Shown here: positions 18,225-29,053 of the stretch, piece after piece
Layout: every line of letters begins with the position of its first letter
How positions within the stretch are numbered: position 1 is the first letter of the stretch
Source of the DNA: Selenomonadales bacterium OttesenSCG-928-I06
GTDB lineage: Bacteria; Bacillota; Negativicutes; Sporomusales; Sporomusaceae
Direction of reading: 5' to 3'
DNA: 64,000 nucleotides
Assembly: GCA_030266395.1 (NCBI GenBank)
Contig: JAJDHX010000001.1
Span: 14,647 to 78,646, forward strand
Notes under the pieces: model-generated
Told to the model about the DNA's origin: nothing
The model's input: only the letters and a program-made list of their open reading frames with translations
Databases searched by the model: none
Program-made: the position numbers and the translations under genes

Positions 18225-19388
18225 TTGAATAAAAAATATATTGGGGTCTTAGCTGCGTCCCACATGACTAGTGATATAACACAAGGTGCTCTGCCGGCAA
18301 TGTTGCCGTTTCTTATTATGATATATAGTATAGATTATCAAGCTGCCGCCGGATTAATATTTGCCTCTTCTTTTTTATCTTCTATTGTCCAACCGGTATT
18401 TGGCTATATGGCAGACAAAACATCAACTTCCTGGTTTATGTCTTTAGGTATATTTCTGGCATGTCTAGGGATTTCTGCTGTTGGTTTCTTAGATAATTAT
18501 TGGGCAATTTTCGTTGCCGTTATGATAAGTGGTATTGGCGGAGCGATCTTTCATCCGGAAGCAGCCAGACTTGTCAACAAACTAGCCGGCAAGAAAAAAG
18601 GTTCCGGGATAGGGCTTTTTTCAGTAGGAGGTAACGCAGGATTTACCCTGGGTCCTATTATTGCGGTAAGTGCAATTACATTTTTTGGTCTAAAAGGTCT
18701 TTCAGTATTTTTTATTATAGGTACTGCAATGGCAGTATTTTTACTTTACTATGCACCAAAAATGAAGAAAAATATTGTAGCTATTGAAAACACCAATGCA
18801 CAAGATGTTCAAAATAAACCGGTATTAGAAAATGATTGGAAGTCATTTTCTAAACTTACAATAATTATAATAGGACGTTCTATAATATTCAGTGGCATTA
18901 TAACATTTATTCCGTTGTTTTGGGTAAATGTCTTGATGCAGCCTACTGCTACAGGTGCCGCAGTACTTAGTATATTATTTGCATTTGGTGTAGTTATCAC
19001 TCTTTTTGGAGGCATGCTGTCAGATAAGCTTGGTTACAATAAAACACTAATAATATTTGTAAGCTTGATAGCACCACTATTGTTTATGCTCATACAAACA
19101 AATAATCTAATGTTTGCTACAGTACTCTTAATTCCAATCGGATTTTCAGTCTTTGCTCCTTATAGCGCAATGGTTGTATTGGGACAAAGCTATCTTGCTA
19201 AAAGCGTAGGCTTTGCTTCTGGCATTACGATGGGAATTGCCCTTAGTATTGGAGGAATTGTTGTTCCTGGTCTTGGCTGGATTGCAGATAACTATAGCTT
19301 GCAACAGGCAATGCAAATCCTTGTATATGTAGCTTTAGTAATATCAGTATTTACTTTCTTTTTGCCAAAACCAAAAACAGCTGCCTAG
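18225..19388 (+). CDS. MFS transporter, Fsr-like family, paralogue 2
   Basis: ORF track, 387 aa. Same motif set (QPVFGYMADK, GGAIFHPEAAR, FSVGGNAG). Confidence 0.8.
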   Translation: MNKKYIGVLAASHMTSDITQGALPAMLPFLIMIYSIDYQAAAGLIFASSFLSSIVQPVFGYMADKTSTSWFMSLGIFLACLGISAVGFLDNYWAIFVAVMISGIGGAIFHPEAARLVNKLAGKKKGSGIGLFSVGGNAGFTLGPIIAVSAITFFGLKGLSVFFIIGTAMAVFLLYYAPKMKKNIVAIENTNAQDVQNKPVLENDWKSFSKLTIIIIGRSIIFSGIITFIPLFWVNVLMQPTATGAAVLSILFAFGVVITLFGGMLSDKLGYNKTLIIFVSLIAPLLFMLIQTNNLMFATVLLIPIGFSVFAPYSAMVVLGQSYLAKSVGFASGITMGIALSIGGIVVPGLGWIADNYSLQQAMQILVYVALVISVFTFFLPKPKTAA

Positions 19389-19480
19389 CCTTAAATTTAT
19401 ACTAATTTAAAAATATGTTCATACGATACAAAAAATCCACATAAATATGTTATAATTTTTATATAAATTTACCAATTATC

Positions 19481-19516
19481 AAATATCAACTTTAAATATT
19501 TAGAGTTGATATTTTA
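19481..19516 (+). terminator. Hairpin with short T-run between MFS genes 2 and 3
   Basis: AAATATCAACT (19481-19491) pairs with AGTTGATATTT (19504-19514). It lies downstream of an extended -10-like TGTTATAAT (19448-19456), so it could be the terminator of gene 2 or part of the leader of gene 3. Confidence 0.45.
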
Positions 19517-19547
19517 ATTATGTATTATATAAAAAAGAGGTGTTTAT

Positions 19548-20711
19548 ATGCATAAGAAGTATATGAGCTTTTTAGCTGCATCACATCTGACAAATGATCT
19601 AACAGTTGGTGCTCTGCCAGCAATATTACCTTTTCTTATTTCAATATACGGAATTGATTATCAGGCAGCAACAGGACTAATGTTTGCTTATGCTCTTATG
19701 TCTTCGTTTATTCAGCCGATATTTGGCTATATAGCAGATAGAACCTCATTTACTTGGTTTATGTCGTTAGGTATTTTTATAAACTGTTTAGGAATGTCAT
19801 TTATAGGTTTTTCAGAACATTATTGGGCTATTTTTGCTTCATTTATGGTATGCGGGGTAGGCAGTGCTATCTATCATCCAGAAGCAGCCAGACTTGTTAA
19901 TAGACTCTCTGGCAAGAAAAAAGGATCTGGCATAGGAATTTTTTCAGTAGGGGGCAACTCTGGTTTTGCCTTAGGTCCTGTTCTTTCGGTTGCAATGATT
20001 TTGGCCTTTGGAATGAAAGGTTTATTTATATTTACTATAATTGGTTCTGCCATGGCTATTTTTCTAATTTGGCAAGTACCAAAAATAAAAGAAACAATTG
20101 CTACTGCCGATCAAGTCGGTGTAGCAGCTGAAAAAACTGAAATAAAAGTTCTGGAAAATGACTGGAAAGGATTTTCCAAACTTACAATTATAATAATAGG
20201 ACGTTCTATAATATTTAGTGGATTGATGGCATTTATCCCACTTTATTGGATAAATGTTTTAATGCAGTCAAATGCCACAGGTGCCTCTGCACTTACAATT
20301 TTATTTGCATTTGGTGTAGTGGTTACTTTAATTGGCGGGCTTTTATCAGATAAACTTGGTTATAGAAAAACCATGATGATATTTTGCAGCTTGGTTGCAC
20401 CATTAGTATTTATTTTAATTAATACCAATAATCTAATACTTGCCACATTGCTTTTAATTCCGCTGGGTTTTTCAGTGTTTGCACCATTTAGTGCCATGAT
20501 TGTTTTAGGACAAACTTATTTAGGAAAGAGCGTAGGTTTTGCTTCAGGAGTAACCATGGGTCTAGCATTCAGTGTTGGAGGTATGGTGCTGCCATTATTA
20601 GGTGGGGTTGCAGATAATTACGGCTTGCAGCAAGCAATGGAAGTGATAGTTTATGTAGCTATTGTAACAGCAATATTTACATTTTTCTTGCCAAAACCTA
20701 AAAATGTCTAA
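19548..20711 (+). CDS. MFS transporter, Fsr-like family, paralogue 3
   Basis: ORF track, 387 aa. ATG after AAGAGGTG. Same motif set (QPIFGYIADR, GSAIYHPEAAR, FSVGGNSG). Confidence 0.8.
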   Translation: MHKKYMSFLAASHLTNDLTVGALPAILPFLISIYGIDYQAATGLMFAYALMSSFIQPIFGYIADRTSFTWFMSLGIFINCLGMSFIGFSEHYWAIFASFMVCGVGSAIYHPEAARLVNRLSGKKKGSGIGIFSVGGNSGFALGPVLSVAMILAFGMKGLFIFTIIGSAMAIFLIWQVPKIKETIATADQVGVAAEKTEIKVLENDWKGFSKLTIIIIGRSIIFSGLMAFIPLYWINVLMQSNATGASALTILFAFGVVVTLIGGLLSDKLGYRKTMMIFCSLVAPLVFILINTNNLILATLLLIPLGFSVFAPFSAMIVLGQTYLGKSVGFASGVTMGLAFSVGGMVLPLLGGVADNYGLQQAMEVIVYVAIVTAIFTFFLPKPKNV

Positions 20712-20758
20712 TAAATTTGTCTGTGAATTAAATTGCTAAAAAAATGCCATCCAAATCC

Positions 20759-20787
20759 TTGACAAAGAGGAAAAAATTTGATATAGT
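20759..20787 (+). promoter_or_regulatory. Sigma-A-type promoter upstream of rpoB
   Basis: TTGACA (20759-20764), 17-nt spacer, TATAGT (20782-20787). It would give a leader of about 260 nt. Confidence 0.55.
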
Positions 20788-21056
20788 TATAAATTGCTTA
20801 TACTATTTTGTTTTTTAAGAAAAACAATTAAAAAAATATGTTTGGAGTAATTTGCATAAAAAGGATATTAACGTCAAATATTAAGGTAGAAGCAACAAGA
20901 AAATATTTACATAAAAAGCAAGGTGTTTGAAAAAAAGAGAAAGGCCTTGCTTGTTTTGTATTTTGTAAAAACAGTTTAATCATTTAATTTTAGATTATGA
21001 TATTACATGTTAATTTTTAAATTAATATGTAATGGTTAAAAGGGGTGAAGGGATTA

Positions 21057-24000
21057 ATGTTTAGTCCTGTTCCTGTAGGTAAGAGGGTCAGGTATAGTTA
21101 CGCGAAAATCAATGAAGTTCTGGACATGCCCAACCTTATTGAGATTCAAAAGAATTCATACAATTGGTTTTTAAAAGAAGGGTTAAAGGATATATTTCTT
21201 GATATATCTCCAATTCAAGATTTTACTGGTAACCTAGTATTATCTTTTGAAAACTTTTCCTTGGGTGAACCAAAGTATGAAGTAGAAGAGTGCAAAGAGA
21301 GAGATGTTACTTTTGCTGCTCCTCTTAGAGTTAGCGTACGTCTATACAACAAGGAAACCGGCGAAATTAAAGAGCAAGAAGTATTTATGGGAGATTTCCC
21401 ACTTATGACTGATAACGGTACTTTTATCATTAATGGTGCTGAAAGGGTTATCGTAAGTCAGTTAGTTCGCTCTCCGGGTGTTTACTATGGAGAAACTATA
21501 GATACAACAGGTAAAAGACTTTACAGTGCAACTGTAATTCCTAACAGGGGAGCATGGCTCGAACTTGAAGCTGATGCTAATGATGTTGTTTATGTAAGAG
21601 TTGATCGTACCAGAAAAATTCCAGTAACTATTTTAGTTAGAGCACTGGGTTATGTTTCTAATTCTGCAATTTTAGAACTTTTCAATAATGATTCTAGAAT
21701 TCAAGCTACTTTGGAAAGAGATGGCACAGAATCCAGAGAAGAAGCTTTAATTGAAATTTATAAAAGATTGCGTCCTGGTGAACCGCCTACAGTGGAAAAC
21801 TCAGCACAACTTTTAGAATCTTTATTCTTTGATTCTAAAAGATATGACCTGGCTACAGTAGGAAGATATAAATTAACTAAAAAACTGGGCTGGAGAAGAC
21901 GCCTTTTAGGTAAAACACTAGCTGCTCCGATTGTTGATGAACAAACAGGAGAAGTTGTTGTTGAAGAAGGCACTTTTGTTGATGAATATGTTCTTCAAGC
22001 ATTAGAAGAATCTAAAATCTTCGAAAATAAAAACGAAGAAATTTATTCAGCACTTTTAGTAACAAAAGATTCTGATCCTGTAAAAGTTATATTCAATCCT
22101 GAATTGCCTTATACTCATAGAACAATTACTAGAGGTGATATCATTGCTTCTATTAATTATCTTTTAAACCTGATGGAAGGTCACGGTTATATAGATGATA
22201 TAGATCATTTAGGTAACAGAAGACTTCGTTCAGTAGGGGAATTACTTCAAAATCAATTTAGAATTGGTCTTACTCGTATGGAAAGAGTAGTAAAAGAGCG
22301 TATGACAATTCAAGATATTGATGTAATCACACCTCAAGCGCTTATTAATATTAGACCAGTAGTTGCTGCTATAAAAGAATTCTTTGGTTCAAGTCAATTA
22401 TCACAATTCATGGACCAAACAAATCCACTTGCAGAACTCACTCACAAACGTCGTCTGAGTGCTCTGGGCCCAGGTGGTCTCAGTAGAGAAAGAGCAGGCT
22501 TTGAAGTTCGTGACGTGCATCATTCTCACTATGGCAGAATGTGTCCTATCGAAACTCCTGAAGGTCCGAATATCGGTCTTATCGGTTCTTTATCTACATA
22601 TGCCAGAATAAACGAATTTGGCTTTATAGAAACACCTTATCGTAAAGTAAATAAACAAGCTCGCAAAGTTTCTGACGAAGTTGTTTATTTAACAGCTGAC
22701 GAAGAAGATGAAATGATTGTTGCACAAGCTAACGAAGCCTTAACTGAAGATGGCTGGTTTGCCAACGAAAGAGTAACTTCCAGATATAAACATGAAACAT
22801 TATTTGTTCCTGCAGATAAAATCGACTACATGGACGTTTCTCCTAAACAAGTTGTCTCAATCGCTACAGCAATGATTCCGTTCCTGGAAAATGATGATGC
22901 TAACAGAGCTCTCATGGGAGCAAACATGCAGCGTCAGGCAGTGCCTCTACTTAGAACACAAGCTCCTATTGTAGGAACTGGTATGGAATACAAAGCAGCC
23001 AGAGACTCTGGTGTTGTAGTTTTAGCTAAAAACTCCGGCGTTGTCGAAAGAGTAACAGCGAATGAAATTAAAATTCGTACTGACAAAGGTGGTATAGACA
23101 CCTATAAACTCTTAAAATACTTAAGATCTAATCAAGGTACTTGTATTAACCAAAAACCTATTATCAATAAAGGTGACAAAGTCTCTAAAGGTGAAGTTTT
23201 AGCTGATGGTCCGTCTACAGATTATGGCGAACTTGCTTTAGGATACAATGTACTTGTTGCATTTATGCCTTGGGAAGGTTACAACTACGAAGATGCTATT
23301 CTTCTTAGTGAAGAATTAGTAAAAGATGACGTATTTACATCTATTCATATTGAAGAATATGAGTGTGATGCCAGAGATACAAAACTTGGTACAGAAGAAA
23401 TAACAAGAGATATTCCAAACGTAGCAGAAGATGTACTCAGAGACTTATGCGAAGATGGAATAATCAGAGTTGGAGCAGAAGTCAGACCTGGAGATATTTT
23501 AGTTGGTAAAGTAACTCCAAAAGGTGAAACAGAACTTACTGCTGAAGAAAGACTGCTTAGAGCTATCTTTGGTGAGAAAGCAAGAGAAGTTAGAGATACA
23601 TCTCTTAGAGTACCTCACGGAGAAGCCGGTAAAGTTGTTGATGTAAAAGTATTTACTCGAGAAAACGGAGATGAACTGCCTCCAGGAGTAAACAAACTAG
23701 TTAGATGTTATATAGCTCAAAAAAGAAAAATATCTGAAGGCGACAAAATGGCTGGTCGTCATGGTAATAAAGGTGTTGTTTCCAGGATTATGCCTAAAGA
23801 AGATATGCCTTTCCTACCTGATGGTACTCCTGTGCAAATTGTCTTAAATCCTTTAGGTGTTCCTTCCAGGATGAACATTGGTCAGGTCTTAGAAACTCAC
23901 TTAGGCCGTGCTGCCGCTGCTCTTGGACTGCAAATAAAAGCAGAAGACCCTACAGTAGCAGACAGACTAAAAGCCTTTGACTATGATGCTAAAAAGTATG

Positions 24001-24872
24001 GTTTACCAAAACCTGATACTGCTGGAATACACATAGCTACACCTGTATTTGATGGAGCTAGTGAGATTGAAGTAATAAACACACTTATTGCAGCAGGACT
24101 TTCAGAAGACGGCAAAACAACATTGTATGATGGCAGAACAGGAGAACCTTTTGATAACCCTGTAACAGTAGGATATGTTTATATGCTAAAACTTGCTCAT
24201 CTGGTTGATGATAAAATCCATGCACGTTCAACAGGTCCTTATTCCTTAGTTACTCAACAGCCACTCGGAGGTAAAGCTCAATTTGGCGGTCAAAGATTTG
24301 GTGAGATGGAAGTTTGGGCACTGGAAGCTTATGGAGCTGCTTATACTCTGCAAGAACTTCTAACCGTTAAATCAGACGATGTTGTAGGCAGAATAAAAAC
24401 ATATGAAGCTATTGTAAAAGGTGAAAATGTTCCTGAACCAGGTGTACCAGAATCATTTAAAGTTCTCATCAAAGAACTCCAAAGCATCGGGCTTGATGTG
24501 AAGATATTATCAGAAGATGCCCAAGAAATAATGATTCGTGATACAGATGATGATATTCAAGAGAGGGCAAAAGAACTGGAACTTAATTTAAGCAGTCCGG
24601 TAACTGAACCTCAACAAGAAGAAGAAATTCAAGATACAGATCTTGCTGAAGAAAACATAAATATTGATTTCGATGGTGGACCTTTGGATGACTTTACAGT
24701 GGCTAATGATGCTATTGACATTGATTCAGATGAAGATGAAGTTGATGACGATAACTTAGAAGATAGCTTAGATGTTAAAGAAGATGATTTCGAAGACATT
24801 ATGACAGATTTTGATGAAATTGATATTGATTTAGCTGAAGAAGAAGAGTATGTAGATGATGAAGAGGAATAA
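21057..24872 (+). CDS. rpoB: DNA-directed RNA polymerase beta subunit
   Basis: ORF track frame 21045-24872. The ATG at 21057 is better spaced from the AAGGGGTGA SD than the GTG at 21045. Unmistakable RpoB sequence throughout, plus a 109-aa hyper-acidic C-terminal tail. Confidence 0.97.
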   Translation: MFSPVPVGKRVRYSYAKINEVLDMPNLIEIQKNSYNWFLKEGLKDIFLDISPIQDFTGNLVLSFENFSLGEPKYEVEECKERDVTFAAPLRVSVRLYNKETGEIKEQEVFMGDFPLMTDNGTFIINGAERVIVSQLVRSPGVYYGETIDTTGKRLYSATVIPNRGAWLELEADANDVVYVRVDRTRKIPVTILVRALGYVSNSAILELFNNDSRIQATLERDGTESREEALIEIYKRLRPGEPPTVENSAQLLESLFFDSKRYDLATVGRYKLTKKLGWRRRLLGKTLAAPIVDEQTGEVVVEEGTFVDEYVLQALEESKIFENKNEEIYSALLVTKDSDPVKVIFNPELPYTHRTITRGDIIASINYLLNLMEGHGYIDDIDHLGNRRLRSVGELLQNQFRIGLTRMERVVKERMTIQDIDVITPQALINIRPVVAAIKEFFGSSQLSQFMDQTNPLAELTHKRRLSALGPGGLSRERAGFEVRDVHHSHYGRMCPIETPEGPNIGLIGSLSTYARINEFGFIETPYRKVNKQARKVSDEVVYLTADEEDEMIVAQANEALTEDGWFANERVTSRYKHETLFVPADKIDYMDVSPKQVVSIATAMIPFLENDDANRALMGANMQRQAVPLLRTQAPIVGTGMEYKAARDSGVVVLAKNSGVVERVTANEIKIRTDKGGIDTYKLLKYLRSNQGTCINQKPIINKGDKVSKGEVLADGPSTDYGELALGYNVLVAFMPWEGYNYEDAILLSEELVKDDVFTSIHIEEYECDARDTKLGTEEITRDIPNVAEDVLRDLCEDGIIRVGAEVRPGDILVGKVTPKGETELTAEERLLRAIFGEKAREVRDTSLRVPHGEAGKVVDVKVFTRENGDELPPGVNKLVRCYIAQKRKISEGDKMAGRHGNKGVVSRIMPKEDMPFLPDGTPVQIVLNPLGVPSRMNIGQVLETHLGRAAAALGLQIKAEDPTVADRLKAFDYDAKKYGLPKPDTAGIHIATPVFDGASEIEVINTLIAAGLSEDGKTTLYDGRTGEPFDNPVTVGYVYMLKLAHLVDDKIHARSTGPYSLVTQQPLGGKAQFGGQRFGEMEVWALEAYGAAYTLQELLTVKSDDVVGRIKTYEAIVKGENVPEPGVPESFKVLIKELQSIGLDVKILSEDAQEIMIRDTDDDIQERAKELELNLSSPVTEPQQEEEIQDTDLAEENINIDFDGGPLDDFTVANDAIDIDSDEDEVDDDNLEDSLDVKEDDFEDIMTDFDEIDIDLAEEEEYVDDEEE

Positions 24873-24948
24873 TCCTAATTCAAATTATCTAAGATTATCA
24901 ATTCACAAGTTATTAAAAAGACTCGGTTAGAAGGGAGCGAATAGATCT

Positions 24949-27900
24949 TTGTTGGATGTAAATAACTTTGATTCTATGCGCATTGGTTTGGCTTCGCCTG
25001 AACAAATCCGCAAATGGTCTTACGGAGAAGTAAAAAAACCCGAAACAATAAATTACCGTACCTTAAAGCCAGAACGGGAAGGATTATTTTGTGAAAAAAT
25101 ATTCGGACCAACAAGAGACTGGGAATGTCATTGCGGTAAATATAAAAGAATTAGATATAAAGGCATAATTTGTGATCGTTGTGGTGTTGAATTAACAAGA
25201 TCTAAAGTAAGACGTGACCGTATGGGTCATATTGAGCTTGCTGCACCAGTATCACATATTTGGTATTTTAAAGGTATCCCAAGCAGAATGGGTATGATTT
25301 TAGACATTTCCCCTCGTTCTTTAGAAAAAGTTTTATATTTTGCTTCTTATATTGTACTTGATGCCGGTGATGCCCCATTAATGAAAAAACAACTGTTAAC
25401 AGAACCGGAATACAGAACCAATAGAGAAAAATACGGTAATGGTTTTAGAGTTGGTATGGGAGCAGAAGCAGTAAAAGAACTTTTGGAAGATCTTGATTTA
25501 GATCAATTAAGCAAAGATTTAAGAGACGAATTAAAAGAAGCTAGTGGTCAAAGAAAGATTAGAGCAATTCGTCGTCTGGAAGTTGTAGAAGCATTTAGAA
25601 AATCTAAAAATAATCCTGCTTGGATGATTTTAGATGTAATACCTGTTATACCGCCGGAACTCAGACCTATGGTTCAATTGGATGGCGGCAGATTTGCAAC
25701 TTCAGATTTAAACGATCTTTACAGAAGAGTAATTAACCGCAATAACAGACTAAAAAGGCTGTTAGATTTGGGTGCTCCTGATATAATTGTTCGTAATGAA
25801 AAACGTATGCTTCAAGAAGCAGTAGATGCTCTTATAGACAACGGCAGAAGAGGGCGTCCTGTAACAGGTCCTGGCAACAGACCTTTAAAATCTTTAAGTG
25901 ATATGTTAAAAGGAAAACAAGGAAGATTTAGACAAAACCTTTTAGGTAAGAGGGTTGATTATTCAGGTCGTTCTGTTATAGTTGTAGGACCTGAACTTAA
26001 ACTGCATCAATGTGGTCTTCCTAAAGAAATGGCACTAGAGCTATTTAAACCTTTCGTTATGAAAAAATTAGTCAACGAAGGGCATGCACATAACATAAAA
26101 AGTGCTAAAAGAATGGTAGAAAGAGTTCGTCCAGAAGTTTGGGATGTACTTGAAGAAGTTATCAAAGAACATCCAGTACTCTTAAACAGAGCTCCTACAC
26201 TTCACAGACTTGGTATTCAAGCTTTTGAACCGGTTTTGTCAGAAGGCAGAGCTATTAAAATTCATCCGCTTGTATGTACAGCATACAACGCTGACTTTGA
26301 CGGCGACCAAATGGCAATACATGTTCCTTTATCTTCTGAAGCACAAGCTGAAGCAAGAATGCTTATGTTGTCTGCACACAATATACTATCTACTAAAGAT
26401 GGCAAACCTGTAGCAACACCAACACAAGATATGGTACTTGGCGTTTATTATTTAACCATTGAAAGAGAAAGACCTGGTGAAGATAAAGAAACAAGAAAAT
26501 TTGCTAATTCCAATGAAGCGATTTTAGCATACAGACATGAAGTAGTAACACTTCATGAAAGAATTATTGTTAAAATTAAAGGTTTCGGCAAAGTTTCAAC
26601 AACAGTAGGCAGATTAATATTTAATGACGTATTACCAAAAGAATTAAAACATTTTGAAGAAATAGATGGCCAATGGCATTTAGGAAAATTAATGGATAAA
26701 AAGCAACTTGGTACACTAGTTGCTGATTCTTACAAAAAATTTGGTAATGCAGAAACTGCTAGAATTCTTGATGCTATTAAAAGATTAGGTTTTGCCTTTG
26801 CTTGTAAAGCAGGTATAACTATAGCTATATCAGATATTAAGATACCAAAAGAGAAAAGAGAAATTCTAGATCAAACAGATCAAAAAGTTGATATGATTGA
26901 TAAACAATATCGCCGTGGACTAATTACTGAAGATGAAAGATATAAAAATGTTATTGGTCTGTGGACACAAGCAACAGATGATGTTACAAATGTAATGATG
27001 AATGCTTTAGATAAATTCAATCCTATCTATATGATGGCAAACTCTGGTGCTCGTGGTAATATCCAACAAATAAGACAACTTGCAGGCATGAGGGGTCTTA
27101 TGGCAGATCCTTCTGGTAGAATCATCGACCTTCCTATCAAAGCTAACTTTAGAGAAGGATTAACCGTTTTAGAGTATTTTATATCAACTCATGGTGCTAG
27201 AAAAGGTCTTGCTGATACAGCTCTTAGAACTGCTGACTCTGGATATCTTACCAGAAGACTAGTGGACGTAGCTCAAGATGTAATAGTAAGAGAAGAAGAC
27301 TGTGATGTTGTTGGCATAAATCTGGTTAGAGAAAGAGCGCGTCTGGCAAAAACCAGTGCTGGTGCAATAGATATGCTAAAAGATATGCTCTTTGACAGAA
27401 TTGTTGCTCAAGATATTTTAGAACCAAAAACAGATGAATCAGAAGAAGACGTTATTTTAATTAAAGCAGGTACTCATCTTGACGAAGAAATGCTTAAACT
27501 AATAGGGGAGCATGGTGTTTCCGAAATAGTTGTCAGAGGTTCCAGTCACAGCAGTGAAAGTGATAAAAACAATGCAGCTATTACTGAAACAATTTCTCTT
27601 GGCGAGCCGGAAGAAAAAGTTCGTAAAGTATTAAAAGAAGCAATGATTCGTGATATGCTTGGCAAAAACACTGTTGAGGATATAGTAGAGACTATAGATG
27701 AAGGCACTAAAGTATTGCTGGAAGCTGATACACCTCTTACAGAAGAGCATATAGAGAACATACTTGCAAGTAATGTAAAAGAAGTTAAAGTAAGAAACAA
27801 TAACATAAAAGGTATTCAAGTTGAAGCAATAACTGAAGGTACCGGCGTTATTGAAATGTTAAAAGATAGAATTGTTGGCCGTATTTCTGCAGAAGACATC

Positions 27901-28959
27901 GTAGATCCTGAAACAGGTGAGTTAATTGTCGGAATCAACGAAGAGATAACTGAAGAAATTGCTAACCTAGTGGTAAAAGTAAGAGATAAAGTTTCTATCC
28001 GTTCAGTACTTACTTGCCGTTCAAGATTCGGAGTCTGCATTAAATGCTATGGCCGCAACTTAGGCACAGGTCACATGGTAGATGTAGGTGAGGCAGTAGG
28101 AATTATTGCAGCACAATCTATAGGCGAACCTGGAACACAGCTTACAATGCGTACGTTCCATACAGGTGGTGTAGCTGGGGACGATATTACACAAGGTCTT
28201 CCTCGTGTAGAAGAACTGTTTGAAGCAAGAAAACCAAAACGTCAAGCTATAATTACCGAGATTTCCGGACGTGTTGAAATAAGCGAAGCAAAAGGAATGC
28301 GCAGAGTTACTGTCTTCCCAGAAGATGAATCTCTAGGCGAAGAAAAAGCTTATGCTATTCCATATGGTGCCAGACTTATTGTCAATGATGGTGCAACAGT
28401 AGAAAGAGGACAAAGATTAACAGAAGGTGCAGTTAATCCTCATGATATCTTAAGAGTAAATGGGCTTAAAGAAACTCAACGTTATCTGGTTTATGAAGTT
28501 CAAAAAGTTTATAAATCTCAAGGCGTTGAAATAAACGATAAGCACATAGAAGTTATGGTTCGTCAAATGCTTCACAAAGCTAAAGTTGATGAATCTGGAG
28601 ATACTTCATTACTACAAGGTGAATATGTAGATCTAAACACCTTAGAGGATGAAAATGCAAAATCTGTAGAAAATGGTGGAGAGGCAGCTATTGCTAAACC
28701 TATACTTTTAGGTATCACAAAAGCATCTCTTGCTACCGATTCATTCCTATCTGCGGCTTCATTCCAAGAAACTACCAGAGTTTTAACAGAAGCAGCAATC
28801 AAAGGAAAAATTGATCCACTTCTTGGTCTTAAAGAAAATGTTATCATAGGAAAACTTATTCCTGCCGGAACTGGTATGAGTCGTTATCGTGATATCAAAA
28901 TTGCAGTTCCTGAAGAAAATATTGTTAAAGAACCGGTGGAAGTTCCTGTAGAACAATAA
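24949..28959 (+). CDS. rpoC: DNA-directed RNA polymerase beta' subunit
   Basis: ORF track, 1336 aa. Zn-finger [20 protein letters not shown], catalytic NADFDGDQM, trigger-loop and bridge-helix regions. Also a large lineage-specific insertion between REEDCD and SVLTCRS. Confidence 0.97.
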   Translation: MLDVNNFDSMRIGLASPEQIRKWSYGEVKKPETINYRTLKPEREGLFCEKIFGPTRDWECHCGKYKRIRYKGIICDRCGVELTRSKVRRDRMGHIELAAPVSHIWYFKGIPSRMGMILDISPRSLEKVLYFASYIVLDAGDAPLMKKQLLTEPEYRTNREKYGNGFRVGMGAEAVKELLEDLDLDQLSKDLRDELKEASGQRKIRAIRRLEVVEAFRKSKNNPAWMILDVIPVIPPELRPMVQLDGGRFATSDLNDLYRRVINRNNRLKRLLDLGAPDIIVRNEKRMLQEAVDALIDNGRRGRPVTGPGNRPLKSLSDMLKGKQGRFRQNLLGKRVDYSGRSVIVVGPELKLHQCGLPKEMALELFKPFVMKKLVNEGHAHNIKSAKRMVERVRPEVWDVLEEVIKEHPVLLNRAPTLHRLGIQAFEPVLSEGRAIKIHPLVCTAYNADFDGDQMAIHVPLSSEAQAEARMLMLSAHNILSTKDGKPVATPTQDMVLGVYYLTIERERPGEDKETRKFANSNEAILAYRHEVVTLHERIIVKIKGFGKVSTTVGRLIFNDVLPKELKHFEEIDGQWHLGKLMDKKQLGTLVADSYKKFGNAETARILDAIKRLGFAFACKAGITIAISDIKIPKEKREILDQTDQKVDMIDKQYRRGLITEDERYKNVIGLWTQATDDVTNVMMNALDKFNPIYMMANSGARGNIQQIRQLAGMRGLMADPSGRIIDLPIKANFREGLTVLEYFISTHGARKGLADTALRTADSGYLTRRLVDVAQDVIVREEDCDVVGINLVRERARLAKTSAGAIDMLKDMLFDRIVAQDILEPKTDESEEDVILIKAGTHLDEEMLKLIGEHGVSEIVVRGSSHSSESDKNNAAITETISLGEPEEKVRKVLKEAMIRDMLGKNTVEDIVETIDEGTKVLLEADTPLTEEHIENILASNVKEVKVRNNNIKGIQVEAITEGTGVIEMLKDRIVGRISAEDIVDPETGELIVGINEEITEEIANLVVKVRDKVSIRSVLTCRSRFGVCIKCYGRNLGTGHMVDVGEAVGIIAAQSIGEPGTQLTMRTFHTGGVAGDDITQGLPRVEELFEARKPKRQAIITEISGRVEISEAKGMRRVTVFPEDESLGEEKAYAIPYGARLIVNDGATVERGQRLTEGAVNPHDILRVNGLKETQRYLVYEVQKVYKSQGVEINDKHIEVMVRQMLHKAKVDESGDTSLLQGEYVDLNTLEDENAKSVENGGEAAIAKPILLGITKASLATDSFLSAASFQETTRVLTEAAIKGKIDPLLGLKENVIIGKLIPAGTGMSRYRDIKIAVPEENIVKEPVEVPVEQ

Positions 28960-28971
28960 AATACACAAACT

Positions 28972-29008
28972 AAAGCCAGCTTAAGATAATAATTAAGCTG
29001 GCTTTTTT
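28972..29008 (+). terminator. Intrinsic terminator after rpoC
   Basis: AAAGCCAGCTTAA (28972-28984) pairs with TTAAGCTGGCTTT (28993-29005), followed by TTT. Confidence 0.85.
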
Positions 29009-29023
29009 ATCGGATAAATTATT

Positions 29024-29048
29024 AAAACCTCCTTATAAAAGGAGGTTT
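29024..29048 (-). terminator. Hairpin terminator for convergent glpX
   Basis: AAACCTCCTT (29025-29034) pairs with AAGGAGGTTT (29039-29048), just past the glpX stop on the minus strand. Confidence 0.6.
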
Positions 29049-29053
29049 ATTTA

